Source of the DNA: a virus
Taxonomy: Duplodnaviria > Caudoviricetes
Direction: 5' to 3' (one strand)
IMG/VR virus record: IMGVR_UViG_3300018063_000015
Span: 1 to 56,611 of that record
Length of the DNA: 56,611 bases
Shown piece by piece: positions 24,587-35,600 of the stretch (positions are counted from its first letter, which is position 1; each line of letters begins with the position of its first letter). Position numbers and translations under genes: made by a program. The notes under the pieces are model-generated. The model made no database searches. It saw only the letters and a program-made list of their open reading frames with translations, and was not told where the DNA came from.

Positions 24587-27131
24587 TTTTCGCGGTGAAG
24601 ATAGCGGTGATGGTGGGATTAGACGTGTAGTTGAGGCTCAACGTCAACACTTACCAACATACGGTATAGAATGTGTTAATACACCCGAGGAAGCTGATGT
24701 AATTGCTGTTCATGCAGGATTATGGACTGATACTGACAAACCTGTAGTAACACATTGTCATGGTTTATATTGGAATGAATATCAATGGATGAATTGGGCC
24801 ATTGGTATGAATAAACAAGTAATAGATGCTATGCACAAGGCTGACATGGTTACGGCGCCGTCAGAATGGATAGCCAACATACTAAGACGTGGAATGTGGC
24901 TTAATCCTATTATACTCGGTCACGGTGTGGATATAAATGATTGGGTACCAGGTTCTAATGAAGGCTACGTTCTATGGAATAAGACACGTACTGATCCAGT
25001 ATGTGATCCAGTTCATTTAGATGAATTAGCTAATAGAGCACTTGATACTAAATTTGTTACTACATTTGGTCAGGTTGGGCCTAATGTTAACGTCACTGGT
25101 AAATTGCCATTTTGGGAAGCTAAACAGCACATTCAGAATGCTGGTGTTTATCTATGTACTTCCAGAGAAACGTTTGGGATCGGTACACTTGAGGCAATGG
25201 CGTGTGGAGTGCCAATACTAGCATTCAACTGGGGTGGACAGCGAGAATTTGTTAAGCATAAAGTACACGGATATCTTGCTGCTCCGTACAATTATGACGA
25301 TTTGCTACAAGGTTTATATTACTGCATAGAGCATCGTACTGAATTAGGACAAGCTGCACGAGCCTGTGTGCAAAACGAACATACGTGGCAAAAAGTTATG
25401 GGTAAATACGCTTCTATGTATAGAGCTTTGGCCATGCGACCTAATTATACGCCAAAAGTAAGTATAGTAATACCATGCTACAAACTTGAACAATATCTGC
25501 CTGATGCAGTAAACAGTATATTGAATCAGGAAGATTTTGATGACCTTGAAATAATAATAGTGGATGATGCATCGCCTACATGGAATGAAGCTAAATTGCC
25601 AGGTGACGCTAGAATACATGTAATTCATAACGAAACAAATCAGTATTTAGCTGGCTCTCTTAATACTGGCGTAGCAACCGCTAAGGGCAAATATATATTG
25701 CCACTCGACGCCGATAACATGATAGGACCGCGCACCTTGCGTGTATTGAGTGAAGCGTTGGATAAAGATAGAAACCTAGACATTACATATGGTAAAATAC
25801 TATTTGTCCATGAAGATGGTCACACACCAGATGGTACTGTTAGTCCAGATGGTATATCAACATGGCCACCAGCTAAATTCGATTTCAGATATCAAATGAT
25901 GCATCGTAATCAGGTACCAAGCACTAGCATGTATAGACGACAAGTGTGGCAGCGTGCAGGTGGATATCGAAAGCGTTGTCTTACTGCTGAAGATGCTGAC
26001 TTCTGGTGTCGTACTACACGATTAGGATTTAGGCCAGCACAAGTTACTGATGCAGTTACATTTATATATAGACAACGCCAAGGCTCAATGAGCCGCGTGC
26101 AAAGTGATTGGGCATGGAACGACTGGTATCCAGAAGCACACAATACACAGGCTACACCATTCGGTGTAGAAGGCATGCATAATAACGTACCAACGTATGA
26201 GCCTACACTTGTTAGTGTGGTCATACCTTGTGGACCTGGTCATCAGGAATATGTGTTAGATGCTGTAGATAGTGTTGTGTCACAGTCGTTTCAGCAATGG
26301 GAGTGCATAGTTGTTAATGACACTGGCGCGCCATTACCTTGGATACATCCTTTTGTTAGGCTTGTTAACACTAGTGGTGGGACAGGGCCTGCGAATGCTA
26401 GGAATGAAGGTATCAAAGAGGCGAGAGCAAAAGCTGTCATCCTATTGGATGCAGATGACTACCTACAACCTAACGCCATAGAACTGTTGTATGATACCTA
26501 TAAACGAAATGGTGGATATGTTTATAGTGACTTCTTTGCTCAAGGAGAAATTAAGCATACTCCAGACTACAGTTGTGAATCAGTATTGCGTAACATGCCA
26601 CATCCTATAATAGGATTGTATCCACGCGACGCTGCTAAATTTGACGCTACAATAGATGCTTGGGAGGATTGGGACTACTTAATTTCACTTAATGTCGCTG
26701 GTTATTGTGGCACTCGCGTGCCAGTACCACTATTTCATTACAGATTTAATACAGGTAATAGGCGAGAAGCATTTTATGCACGACAAGATGATATTAAAGA
26801 AGCTGTGCGTGCAAAATGGTATGATTACATACATGGAGGTAGGCAACTAATGGCCTGTAGTAGTTGTCCTGGTGGCGGTGGTGGACAGTGGGCTGGAAGT
26901 TCTAGTAGTATAGTAGCTCCAGATGGTGATGCAGTAATGTTAGAGTTCGTTGGTGCTCACAATGAACCACGTAGCTATAGAGGAAGTTCTGGACGTACAT
27001 ATAGATTTGGTGGTGATTCTGGGCATAAGATGAAGTTCGTTCTTAAAGGTGATATAGAAGGTTTAGTACAGAAAGGTATATTCAAAGTATATGAGACAGC
27101 TCAATCTATGCAACCGCTTGTTGCTAACTAG
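24564..27131 (+). CDS. Tri-domain glycosyltransferase GT4-GT2-GT2 with a C-terminal CxxC-led module
   Basis: GT4 motif ETFGIGTLEAMACGVP; GT2 motifs VSIVIPCY..VDDAS..LDAD and VSVVIP..VVND..LDADD..EDWD; internal RBS and ATG at 26850. Confidence 0.92.
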   Translation: MKLFILPNFRGEDSGDGGIRRVVEAQRQHLPTYGIECVNTPEEADVIAVHAGLWTDTDKPVVTHCHGLYWNEYQWMNWAIGMNKQVIDAMHKADMVTAPSEWIANILRRGMWLNPIILGHGVDINDWVPGSNEGYVLWNKTRTDPVCDPVHLDELANRALDTKFVTTFGQVGPNVNVTGKLPFWEAKQHIQNAGVYLCTSRETFGIGTLEAMACGVPILAFNWGGQREFVKHKVHGYLAAPYNYDDLLQGLYYCIEHRTELGQAARACVQNEHTWQKVMGKYASMYRALAMRPNYTPKVSIVIPCYKLEQYLPDAVNSILNQEDFDDLEIIIVDDASPTWNEAKLPGDARIHVIHNETNQYLAGSLNTGVATAKGKYILPLDADNMIGPRTLRVLSEALDKDRNLDITYGKILFVHEDGHTPDGTVSPDGISTWPPAKFDFRYQMMHRNQVPSTSMYRRQVWQRAGGYRKRCLTAEDADFWCRTTRLGFRPAQVTDAVTFIYRQRQGSMSRVQSDWAWNDWYPEAHNTQATPFGVEGMHNNVPTYEPTLVSVVIPCGPGHQEYVLDAVDSVVSQSFQQWECIVVNDTGAPLPWIHPFVRLVNTSGGTGPANARNEGIKEARAKAVILLDADDYLQPNAIELLYDTYKRNGGYVYSDFFAQGEIKHTPDYSCESVLRNMPHPIIGLYPRDAAKFDATIDAWEDWDYLISLNVAGYCGTRVPVPLFHYRFNTGNRREAFYARQDDIKEAVRAKWYDYIHGGRQLMACSSCPGGGGGQWAGSSSSIVAPDGDAVMLEFVGAHNEPRSYRGSSGRTYRFGGDSGHKMKFVLKGDIEGLVQKGIFKVYETAQSMQPLVAN

Positions 27132-27375
27132 TCTTGCAACATGGCGTATATCGTATATGTTAGTTCACGAGGAAGGTCCGTTTGGTATATTTGAAAGGAT
27201 GCGCGGAGATAGCTTTGCAATTGGTAATCCATTAGTATGTGTATGGTGTACGAGTGTGTGGGTGGCACTAGCCTTGTTAGTATTGCCACAATGGGTAAGT
27301 AGATGGTTTGCAATAAGTGCTTTGGCGGTAATTTTAGATGGCAAGATCAGCAGTAAGAACCCTTTTACCTCTTGA
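27091..27375 (+). CDS. DUF1360-like membrane protein
   Basis: LATWRISYMLVHEEGPF..F..R...L.CVWCTSVW. Confidence 0.75.
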   Translation: MRQLNLCNRLLLTSLATWRISYMLVHEEGPFGIFERMRGDSFAIGNPLVCVWCTSVWVALALLVLPQWVSRWFAISALAVILDGKISSKNPFTS

Positions 27376-28549
27376 TAGGTTTGCTCGTATAGTGGGATTG
27401 AATCCACTACACTTTAATCAAGTGGCTGTAACTGCATCGGAGGCAGCCACTTGTGGTGCTATATTGTTTCAGGAATCGTGGCAAAATGCTGACCATATGG
27501 GACGTGATGAAGTAGCACATGCTATAGCCGAAGCAGAAGGTAATTTAGCTAGACAATTAGGCTATAAACTATTACCTACATGGGAAGTAGCAGAATCTCT
27601 AAACTTTAAGTCTAATAAGCCATATCGTAATCCGATGTGGATGGCTCCTGATTACGGATTAAATTGGGGCAACATAATAAGTGGCGGTGTAGAAGCAAAG
27701 TTGGTTATACAGGCTGGTGCAGCCATTGTATACACTGACGTAGATAGTGACGGTTATTCTGAAACTGCTACTATTATTGTGGCTACTACTGTTACTGATG
27801 CAGAAGAAATAGCTATTTATTATCCAAGTCAATCTGGATCTGATGACTGGGAGATACGACCAATAACTGTAAGTATAAGTGGTGGTACGGCTACCATAAT
27901 AGCTCGTCGAGAGCAATTTGTACTAGCTAACTTGCTTACTAGATTGGCACCAGAAGAAGTAGAAGGTACTGATAATGCTAGTTTTCTGACTACTGTTGAC
28001 GTTTATAGACACTATAACGATCCTCAGACGCAAATACAGTTCATGTGGGAGGGAGGTTGTAACTGCGGAGACAGTTCGTGTTATGCATGTACATACGAGG
28101 TACAGACTGGTTGTCTAACAGTGCGCAATCACAGAGAAGGTATAATAGCTGCACATCCTGCTAATTGGAATGCTACCGTGTCAGCGTTTGATAGCACAGT
28201 ATTCACCGCGTGCAGAACGCCTGATAAATCACGCGTGTGGTATCGTGCAGGATTACGCCATAGAGAATCTGTCCTAGTAATGGACTCAAATTGGGAGCGT
28301 ATAGTAGCTTACTATGCACTTACAATGATGGATCGCCCAATCTGTCAGTGTAATTCTATTGAAAATGTTACTGCACATTATAAAACTGATTTTGCACTGC
28401 GTAGCTCGACTCAAGCGGCCAGCACGCAATTTAGAATAACTGATCGATTATTGGACAATCCATTTGGTACAACATTAGGTGCCGTGAATGCTTGGCGTGC
28501 AGTACAACGTGAAGCACTTGGTGAAGCAGTAGTAAACGTACATGCGTGA
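27338..28549 (+). CDS. Putative head-tail adaptor/connector
   Basis: 403 aa between head and tail modules; AIAEAE..L...LGY and V.YRAG motifs. Confidence 0.6.
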   Translation: MARSAVRTLLPLDRFARIVGLNPLHFNQVAVTASEAATCGAILFQESWQNADHMGRDEVAHAIAEAEGNLARQLGYKLLPTWEVAESLNFKSNKPYRNPMWMAPDYGLNWGNIISGGVEAKLVIQAGAAIVYTDVDSDGYSETATIIVATTVTDAEEIAIYYPSQSGSDDWEIRPITVSISGGTATIIARREQFVLANLLTRLAPEEVEGTDNASFLTTVDVYRHYNDPQTQIQFMWEGGCNCGDSSCYACTYEVQTGCLTVRNHREGIIAAHPANWNATVSAFDSTVFTACRTPDKSRVWYRAGLRHRESVLVMDSNWERIVAYYALTMMDRPICQCNSIENVTAHYKTDFALRSSTQAASTQFRITDRLLDNPFGTTLGAVNAWRAVQREALGEAVVNVHA

Positions 28550-28832
28550 AGTAACTTATACAGATTCTCGCGGTCGTATGTTCAAGGTAGAGATACCAAA
28601 CGACGAGCCTGACGATATGGCCCAATTTGGAATACTAATTGGACCACCAGATTGTTTAGACTTACTGGACTATCCAGAACAGTTTACGACAAGACTGCAC
28701 AATGAACTATTTCACAGACGTTTGTATACGTTAGAAGATATCAACCACAGGCGTGTAGATGCACAAGCGGCTATACAATCAGCATTGAGGGTAGACACTG
28801 AGAACATAATTAGAGCATATGGAGCACAATAG
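28542..28832 (+). CDS. Hypothetical virion assembly protein
   Basis: ORF track; coupled to its neighbours. Confidence 0.65.
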   Translation: MREVTYTDSRGRMFKVEIPNDEPDDMAQFGILIGPPDCLDLLDYPEQFTTRLHNELFHRRLYTLEDINHRRVDAQAAIQSALRVDTENIIRAYGAQ

Positions 28833-28915
28833 TGCCCCTACTAGATGTACTGTTCAATACAACGACGTTACTATCGAACGTGTTACCATTTTTAGCAGAT
28901 TGGAGAATAACAGAC

Positions 28916-30418
28916 ATGAGTAGGCGACCACAGCAAACAGGTTTTTCAAGAGTGTTTGTCATACAGAATTCGGCAGGACCAGCTTATGTACCTGTGTATC
29001 AGGGACTATGGATGGCTGGTCCACTAACATGGCCACAGGGTGACATTACTACTATCAAGGTACCGTCTGAAACGCAATACGACCGATTCGACGTAGTGGA
29101 CAAGGTAGCTGGCGATCAAGGTGATCCTAGTATGCCAATTACTGCACGATATACAATGGATCGTAGTGAATTGCTGCGACTGACTAAGATCGGTTGTGAT
29201 AACGATCTACAAGTACATATGGGCCAGTGTGGTGATCCACGTGACTTCAATGCTGGCTGGGAAAAGATAGTAGTTCTAGAAAAAGCACGTATCACAAACT
29301 ATAGTACTGGTGCTCTAGGTGCATTGCAGCCAGCAGATCGTGCAATGATAAATGAAGAAGTACCATTTACTGGTGAGCGTGCATTTGAGATTTTACGTCA
29401 AACTGTAGCACAGCAAGCAGCAGCTCAAGTCGTGCAAGAGGTCTTGGATATAACTGTATGCGATGCTGTTACTTGTGGTGCTTGTGGTATTGCGAGCGAT
29501 GGCTGTCAAATCGTATTTGCACTTACTATTAGCGCAGGTGGTTCTCCTGGATTGCCTGCTGAAATAGTGTTTACGCGTAACGGTGGCTCTACGTGGTCTG
29601 ATACTCTAATTGATACACTAGCACCATCCGAGGATCCTGTTAGACTGGCATGTGTAGGTTCACGGTTGGTGGTTACCAATCAGACACCTGGTGGCATTCA
29701 CTATGCACCAATAGCTGATATACTAGCTGGTACAGAAGTATGGGTCGAGTCTACTGCTGGTCTTACTATTCCAACTGGTGGCCCGCGTGCAATTCTAAGT
29801 GTATCGCCAGCACATACATGGGTATTCGGTGCTGGTGGATATATCTACTTCTATTCCGATATCACAGGTACTGCTGCAACACAAAGTCCTGGCGATGTTA
29901 CCACTCAGCAATTCAACGCTGCACACGCAACTGACGTACTTAATCTAGTAGCGGTGGGTAACTCAAATGCTGTTGTCTACACACGTAATGGGGGTTCTAC
30001 TTGGGTTAGCGTTACTGGACCTGCACCAGCAGTCAACCTGAATGCTGTATGGATGAAGTCTCGTACTGAGTGGTTGGTTGGTACTGCTGGCGGTAGACTA
30101 TTCTACACTCAGAATAGTGGAACTACGTGGACTGAAAAAGCGTTTCCTGGTAGTGGTGCTGGTGTGGTGCGTGATCTTAGCTTCACTAACAACACTGTTG
30201 GTTATATGACGCATGACACTGCTGCTGTATTGGGTAGAGTTCTTCGTACTATAGATGGAGGTAATAGTTGGTATATCGCACCTGAGTCAGGTCAAGGCAC
30301 AACTCCAGATAACGATAGACTTAATGCTGTATCAGCTTGTAAAGATGATCCTAATGTGGCGTTCGTTGGTGGTCTAGGTGCAAATGCAATAGACGGAATA
30401 ATTCTAAAGGCGGCATAA
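28916..30418 (+). CDS. Putative major tail protein fused to an Asp-box (BNR/Ycf48-like) beta-propeller, copy 1
   Basis: Start moved to ATG 28916 after GGAGAA; repeats TRNGGSTW, TQNSGTTW and TIDGGNSW; lies before the chaperone and TMP genes. Confidence 0.7.
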   Translation: MSRRPQQTGFSRVFVIQNSAGPAYVPVYQGLWMAGPLTWPQGDITTIKVPSETQYDRFDVVDKVAGDQGDPSMPITARYTMDRSELLRLTKIGCDNDLQVHMGQCGDPRDFNAGWEKIVVLEKARITNYSTGALGALQPADRAMINEEVPFTGERAFEILRQTVAQQAAAQVVQEVLDITVCDAVTCGACGIASDGCQIVFALTISAGGSPGLPAEIVFTRNGGSTWSDTLIDTLAPSEDPVRLACVGSRLVVTNQTPGGIHYAPIADILAGTEVWVESTAGLTIPTGGPRAILSVSPAHTWVFGAGGYIYFYSDITGTAATQSPGDVTTQQFNAAHATDVLNLVAVGNSNAVVYTRNGGSTWVSVTGPAPAVNLNAVWMKSRTEWLVGTAGGRLFYTQNSGTTWTEKAFPGSGAGVVRDLSFTNNTVGYMTHDTAAVLGRVLRTIDGGNSWYIAPESGQGTTPDNDRLNAVSACKDDPNVAFVGGLGANAIDGIILKAA

Positions 30419-30419
30419 A

Positions 30420-31919
30420 GTGATTCAGCAAACTGGGTATAGTAGAGTATTTCTAATAGAAAATCGTGCTGGTCCTATTAATATACCTTCTTATGAAGGG
30501 TTCTGGATGGCTGGATCAATTTCATGGCCACAGGGCGATATAATTCCAACGTTGTCTCCAGTGGAGAATAGTGAAAACGAATTTATTATTACAGGCATAG
30601 AACGTGGTGCAAAAGGACTGCCATCTATTCCAATAACAGCTAGATATACACAAGACAGAAGTAAACTATTACAATTGGCACGAACTGGATGTCCATTTGA
30701 TCTACAAATACATATGGGGAACTGTAATAATCCTAGCGACTTTAACGGTGGCTGGGAAAAGATAGTAGTTCTAGAAAATGCTTTTATAGAATCATATACC
30801 ACTGGTGATCTTGGTACTCTTTCTCCGAGTGGACGTGCTACAGTAGACGAAGTGGTACCTATGGTTGGAGAAAACCTATTCGAAATTCTAAAACAGTCAT
30901 TTGAGATAAAAGCAGCCTCGCAAATTGTGCAAGAAATAAGAAGTGTAGTAATATGTGATGCTATTACGTGTGCAGCGTGTGGTCTTTCTAGTAGTGGTTG
31001 CGATATAGTGTTTGCTGTTACTGTTTCAGCGGGCGGCTCTCCTGGACTGCCAGGAGAAATTATTTTTACTAGCGATGGAGGAGAAACATGGCGTGATACT
31101 CTAATAGATACTCTAGCTCCTTCTGAAGATGCTTCTGGTTCTCCATCATTGGCATGTGTTGGACAACGTCTAGTTGTCGTAAGCCAAACTGCGGGCAGTA
31201 TTCATTATGCACCAATAGCAGGCATATTGGCTGGTACAGAAGTATGGACTGAAAATGCGTCAGGTCTTACTGTACCAACTGGTAGTCCAAGACGTATTTT
31301 TAGTTTAAGTCCTGCTCATACGTGGGTATTTGGCGCTGGTGGATATATCTATTTCTATGAAAATATCACTGGCTCTCCCGTTACACAAAGTGCTGGAACA
31401 GTTACTACACAATTATTTAGTGGTGTACATGGAATAGACATACTCAATCTAGTGGCAGTAGGTACTAGTAATGCTGTAGTCTATACACGAGACGGTGGCC
31501 AAACATGGACTGCTATAGTTGGACCAACTCCTGGCTTTAATTTAAATACAATATGGATGCAAAGCAGAGACGTATGGTTTGTTGGTTCTGAGAATGGTAG
31601 ATTGTATTATACCTACAATGCTGGAATAACATGGACGGAAAAACTGGTTCCCAATAATGGTATTGGTGGAATTATATATATAGTGTTTGCTAATAGAACA
31701 ATCGGTTATATGGCAAGAAATACTGGAACGATTAGTATGTTGTATAGAACCATTGATGGAGGTAATAGTTGGTATATCGCACCTGAAATGGGTACAATGC
31801 CTGCATCAGCTTTACTACGCTCAATAGCAGTTTGTGAACGAAATTCAAATGTTGTATATTTGGGTGGTCTTGCTATAGGTAGTGTAGATGGTATTCTAAT
31901 TAAAGGAGATGTACTGTAA
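30420..31919 (+). CDS. Paralogous tail protein with beta-propeller, copy 2
   Basis: Colinear with copy 1 (QQTG.SRVF, GWEKIVVLE, DTLIDTLAPSED, PAHTWVFGAGGYIYFY, TIDGGNSWYIAPE). Confidence 0.75.
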   Translation: MIQQTGYSRVFLIENRAGPINIPSYEGFWMAGSISWPQGDIIPTLSPVENSENEFIITGIERGAKGLPSIPITARYTQDRSKLLQLARTGCPFDLQIHMGNCNNPSDFNGGWEKIVVLENAFIESYTTGDLGTLSPSGRATVDEVVPMVGENLFEILKQSFEIKAASQIVQEIRSVVICDAITCAACGLSSSGCDIVFAVTVSAGGSPGLPGEIIFTSDGGETWRDTLIDTLAPSEDASGSPSLACVGQRLVVVSQTAGSIHYAPIAGILAGTEVWTENASGLTVPTGSPRRIFSLSPAHTWVFGAGGYIYFYENITGSPVTQSAGTVTTQLFSGVHGIDILNLVAVGTSNAVVYTRDGGQTWTAIVGPTPGFNLNTIWMQSRDVWFVGSENGRLYYTYNAGITWTEKLVPNNGIGGIIYIVFANRTIGYMARNTGTISMLYRTIDGGNSWYIAPEMGTMPASALLRSIAVCERNSNVVYLGGLAIGSVDGILIKGDVL

Positions 31920-32539
31920 TGGAAGACAGGACTTATTATAAAGCACAAAACGGTGTTGAGCTTAGGCTAAAACAAGTACCAGATCAGTTTGTATTCGATG
32001 CACAAGCTAGGCTTAAGCCACCGAAGGTACCGTCTGTTTATATATCAGAGAAAGACCGTGTAGAAGAAAATCCTAATCATCCAGATTATAAGAATGCACT
32101 AGACGAATATAGAACTAAGCAGAATCAGGTAGTATTCAACACATATTTTGTGTTGGGTATAACTGTGATATCACTGCCTGATGACGTACCACCACTAGAG
32201 AGTAGCGATTGGGTAGATACATTACAGGGTAGTTTATATGGCTTGGATGGCGTTCAAGTAGACATACCAGATAACGGTCCAGGCCGTAAACTAGCTTGGG
32301 TCAAATACGTATTGCTACCAACTATGGAAGAACAAGGTATTATTATACCCAAAATAGCTGCTCTCAGTGGTGGTACTGTTGCTGCTGAAGTGGAGCTAGC
32401 AGTAGATTCCTTTCGGGGTGACGAGAGCGGGTCTACTACTGAGCGAGTGGACGCTACCGCACAAGCTCCAGTTAGAGATAATGATGGAGCCACTATGCAA
32501 CTTCCTAATTCCAGAGTACGAAGCACGAGAAGCAGCTAG
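31919..32539 (+). CDS. Tail assembly chaperone (G)
   Basis: Between the tail protein and TMP genes; contains TCC TTT CGG at 32408-32416. Confidence 0.7.
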   Translation: MEDRTYYKAQNGVELRLKQVPDQFVFDAQARLKPPKVPSVYISEKDRVEENPNHPDYKNALDEYRTKQNQVVFNTYFVLGITVISLPDDVPPLESSDWVDTLQGSLYGLDGVQVDIPDNGPGRKLAWVKYVLLPTMEEQGIIIPKIAALSGGTVAAEVELAVDSFRGDESGSTTERVDATAQAPVRDNDGATMQLPNSRVRSTRSS

Positions 32540-32675
32540 ATTTAATCTATATAAATGGAGTGAATGGATAGAGCTAGATGGCATGGATCGTGCTAGGTGT
32601 GTAGCATACTATAGAATACACCTTTCAATAGAGGAGCACATTAGTCATGAAGCGTCAAAACCAACGGTAGAATAG
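32412..32675 (+). CDS. Tail assembly chaperone extension (T), probably reached by +1 frameshift
   Basis: The +1 frame opens after TAG at 32403-32405, has no good RBS, and ends directly before the TMP ATG. Confidence 0.65.
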   Translation, partial: FGVTRAGLLLSEWTLPHKLQLEIMMEPLCNFLIPEYEAREAARFNLYKWSEWIELDGMDRARCVAYYRIHLSIEEHISHEASKPTVE

Positions 32676-35600
32676 ATGGCGTTACCAGCGGTAGGTGCAG
32701 CAGCAGTATTAACAGGTGTTACAGCCTTTGCTGCTGGTGCACGTACAGTAGTAGCAGCTACAACAGGAATAAGTGCAGGACTACACGCACTAGGCGGTGT
32801 TGGACATATAGCCAGTGCTGCGCTGGGTGTACTAGGCCACGGTGTAGGTATATTAGGCACCGTAATGAAGGTTGCCGTTGCACCTATCGCAATACTTACT
32901 ACAGCTATTGTAGCATTACAAGCAGTAGCTGCTACAGCACTAGCTACCATCATCGTTCATTCAGTTAAGATAGCTAGTGAATTTCAGACTAACATGCAAT
33001 CGGTGGCTGCTGTTACTGATTCCACACGTGAACAATTAGAATTACTGCGTGATGAAGTAGAGAAGGTTTCTATAGTTACAGGTACAAATTTACGTGAAGT
33101 AAGCGCTGCCGCCTTTGAGCTTGCCAAAGGCGGCGTAGAAATAGAAACACAACTAGGTGGTGCGCTTAAAAGCGTAGTCGATCTTACTATTGCGTCTGGT
33201 GGTGAATTAGGGTTAGGCAACGCGGTTAAATTTGTTGCTGCTGGAATTAAGGCGTTTAACTTAGACGCTTCACAAGCTCATATAGTAGCTGATGCATTAA
33301 CGAATGCCGCACAACGTAGCTTGTCATCGTTTACAGATTTAGGTGTTGCATTTACCTATGCAGCTTCAACTGCTGTTACTCTTGGCATAGACATAGACCA
33401 GCTTTCTGCTCTACTTGGTGTATTAGCTAATGCTAACATTCGCGGTAGCATCGCTGGTACTGGTCTGCGCCAAGCGTTTGTATCGCTAATCAATCCATCC
33501 GGTGAAGCTAGTAAGGCGCTAGCTAAATATAATATCAATCTTTATGATTCCGATAAAGCAACACGACCCGTACTAGATGTATTAAAAGACTTGGAAGATA
33601 GGTTTGGTACTGCTGCTATTGCATCAAAAAAGATAACGGAGCAAGAACGTAATCGCGCTATTCAGGATATATTTACTTCACGTGGTGCTAATGTTGTATT
33701 GGCGATCTTGGGCCAGACTGTAGCAGCATATGAAGAATTTCTTGATGTTCAACAGAGACTAACTGCTTCTGAAGTAGCTACAAGAATGCTACTTCCTCTA
33801 GCAAAGCAGTTTGAGATACTCAAAAACACTGTAGATGTTGCTGCTAATAGATTCGGTGAAGGCTTTATACCAGCATTAAGTGAGGCCACTAGAGCTGGCC
33901 TTAGATTCATGAGTGAGGCTGGCGAGCCCCTACGTAAGAGTTTAACCGCTATAGCATTAGCAATAACTGATGTAGTAGCAGGTAGGGGCTTAGGCGAAGT
34001 ATTCCAGCTACTTGGTAAAGCTGGTGTAGAAGCTGGCAGTTCTGTCGAAAAAGCTATACGTGCTGTGCTCAATATAATGTTAGCGATGCGCGATGCTATC
34101 ACTAAGGATATAGCTCCTGCTCTAGGTACACTAGGTGAAGCATTAGCAAGTACATTGCCAACAGATGAAGCCGAAGACCGTTGGACAAGTTTCGGCACGG
34201 TAGTATCTACAGTAATTAGAACTATAAGTACGTGGATTGCTAATGCTATTATTCAAGTAGCTGGACTTATAACTATAACCCAAATAATGGGAGAAGCATT
34301 TGGTGCTACTGGAACAATAATTGGTGCCTTCTTCCAAGCTGTAGGAGCATCTTTCCAAGCTATTGGTAGCTTTGCTGTGGACATGGCTGAAGCAGTTATT
34401 GGTGGACTTAGAGCAATAGTTGATGGACTTGGCTTCTTAGTAAGTGCCTCTGACGAAGCAATTACCAATATAATACCAGGATTTGGCAGTTTCCGTGAAG
34501 CTGCACGCTTGGCAGCAACAGGTATACTACAATCACTTGCTACTATTGCTACTGGTACTGGTGCTACTGCTGATGCTTCTGCTGATGCTGCTGATCGTTG
34601 GAGTATAAACTGGTCTGAAATACAACGTATTACTGTTGAAATAGCTAACGCTACATTACGTGCTATAGGTAATTTCTTACGTGGTGTTGGCAATGCTATA
34701 GCTAATGCTGCCGATGCTGATATACCAGTGCTTAGTGGCATAGCTAGAGGCTTTCAAGCTGGTGCTAATGCAGCCGCTGGATTTGCTGGTGCAGTAGTAA
34801 GTATGCGTGCTAACGTGCAGCGTGGTATAGGTGACGCGGGCGCACGCATACAAGCATTGATTGGTGACGTTGGTGGTGCGTGGGAAGAATTTGGCACTAC
34901 TACGCGTAGAGTAGTGGATAATACTGGTGCTAAATTTGATGAACTAAATGCACGATTAGATAGACTACGTGCATTGATGTCTAAACCAATAGATTTATCT
35001 GATACATTCCAGTTTCCTGAACGTGGATTCAATTTAGATAATTTAATTCAAGGCTTTGGTGATGCAAAGAAGAGTGCCGAGGAACTAAATGAGGAAGTAG
35101 AACGTACTGATCCTGGTCCTATTGATGATTTAGGAAAAGCAGGTAAGGAAGCTGCTGATAAGTTAAGTGACGCTGTTGGTGATGTAGAACAGGCTCTTAA
35201 TAAGCTACTTCAAGACTTCTTAGAATTACACCGTAATATGATAAGCAAGTTTGAAGAAATAGCTATTAAGGCTGAGACACGTGTAGCTGAGGCTATAGCT
35301 GATGCAGCTAAGTCTATAGAAGAAGCTAACAGAAAAGCCTCAGATTCTATTAGAGATTTAAATGAACAGTATAGCTTAGAGCGAGTTATACAAGAACGTA
35401 AAGATACTTTAGAATATGCATTAGAACAAGAAGCATTAACTTACAGACGCTATTTAGATGCTTTAGAGTACGCTGAACGTCAACACGCCGATCGTATAGC
35501 TTTGATGCGAAAACGTATTGCAGAGGATACAGAGACAGCTATCTCGCGTGCACAGGACGCTGCGGCACAAACTAGTCGTGATGCACTAGACGACGAGAAA

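Noticed and set aside
28916-31919. Diversity-generating retroelement TR/VR pair
   Set aside because: The similarity is whole-gene paralogy with mostly synonymous differences rather than adenine-specific ones, and no reverse transcriptase is present
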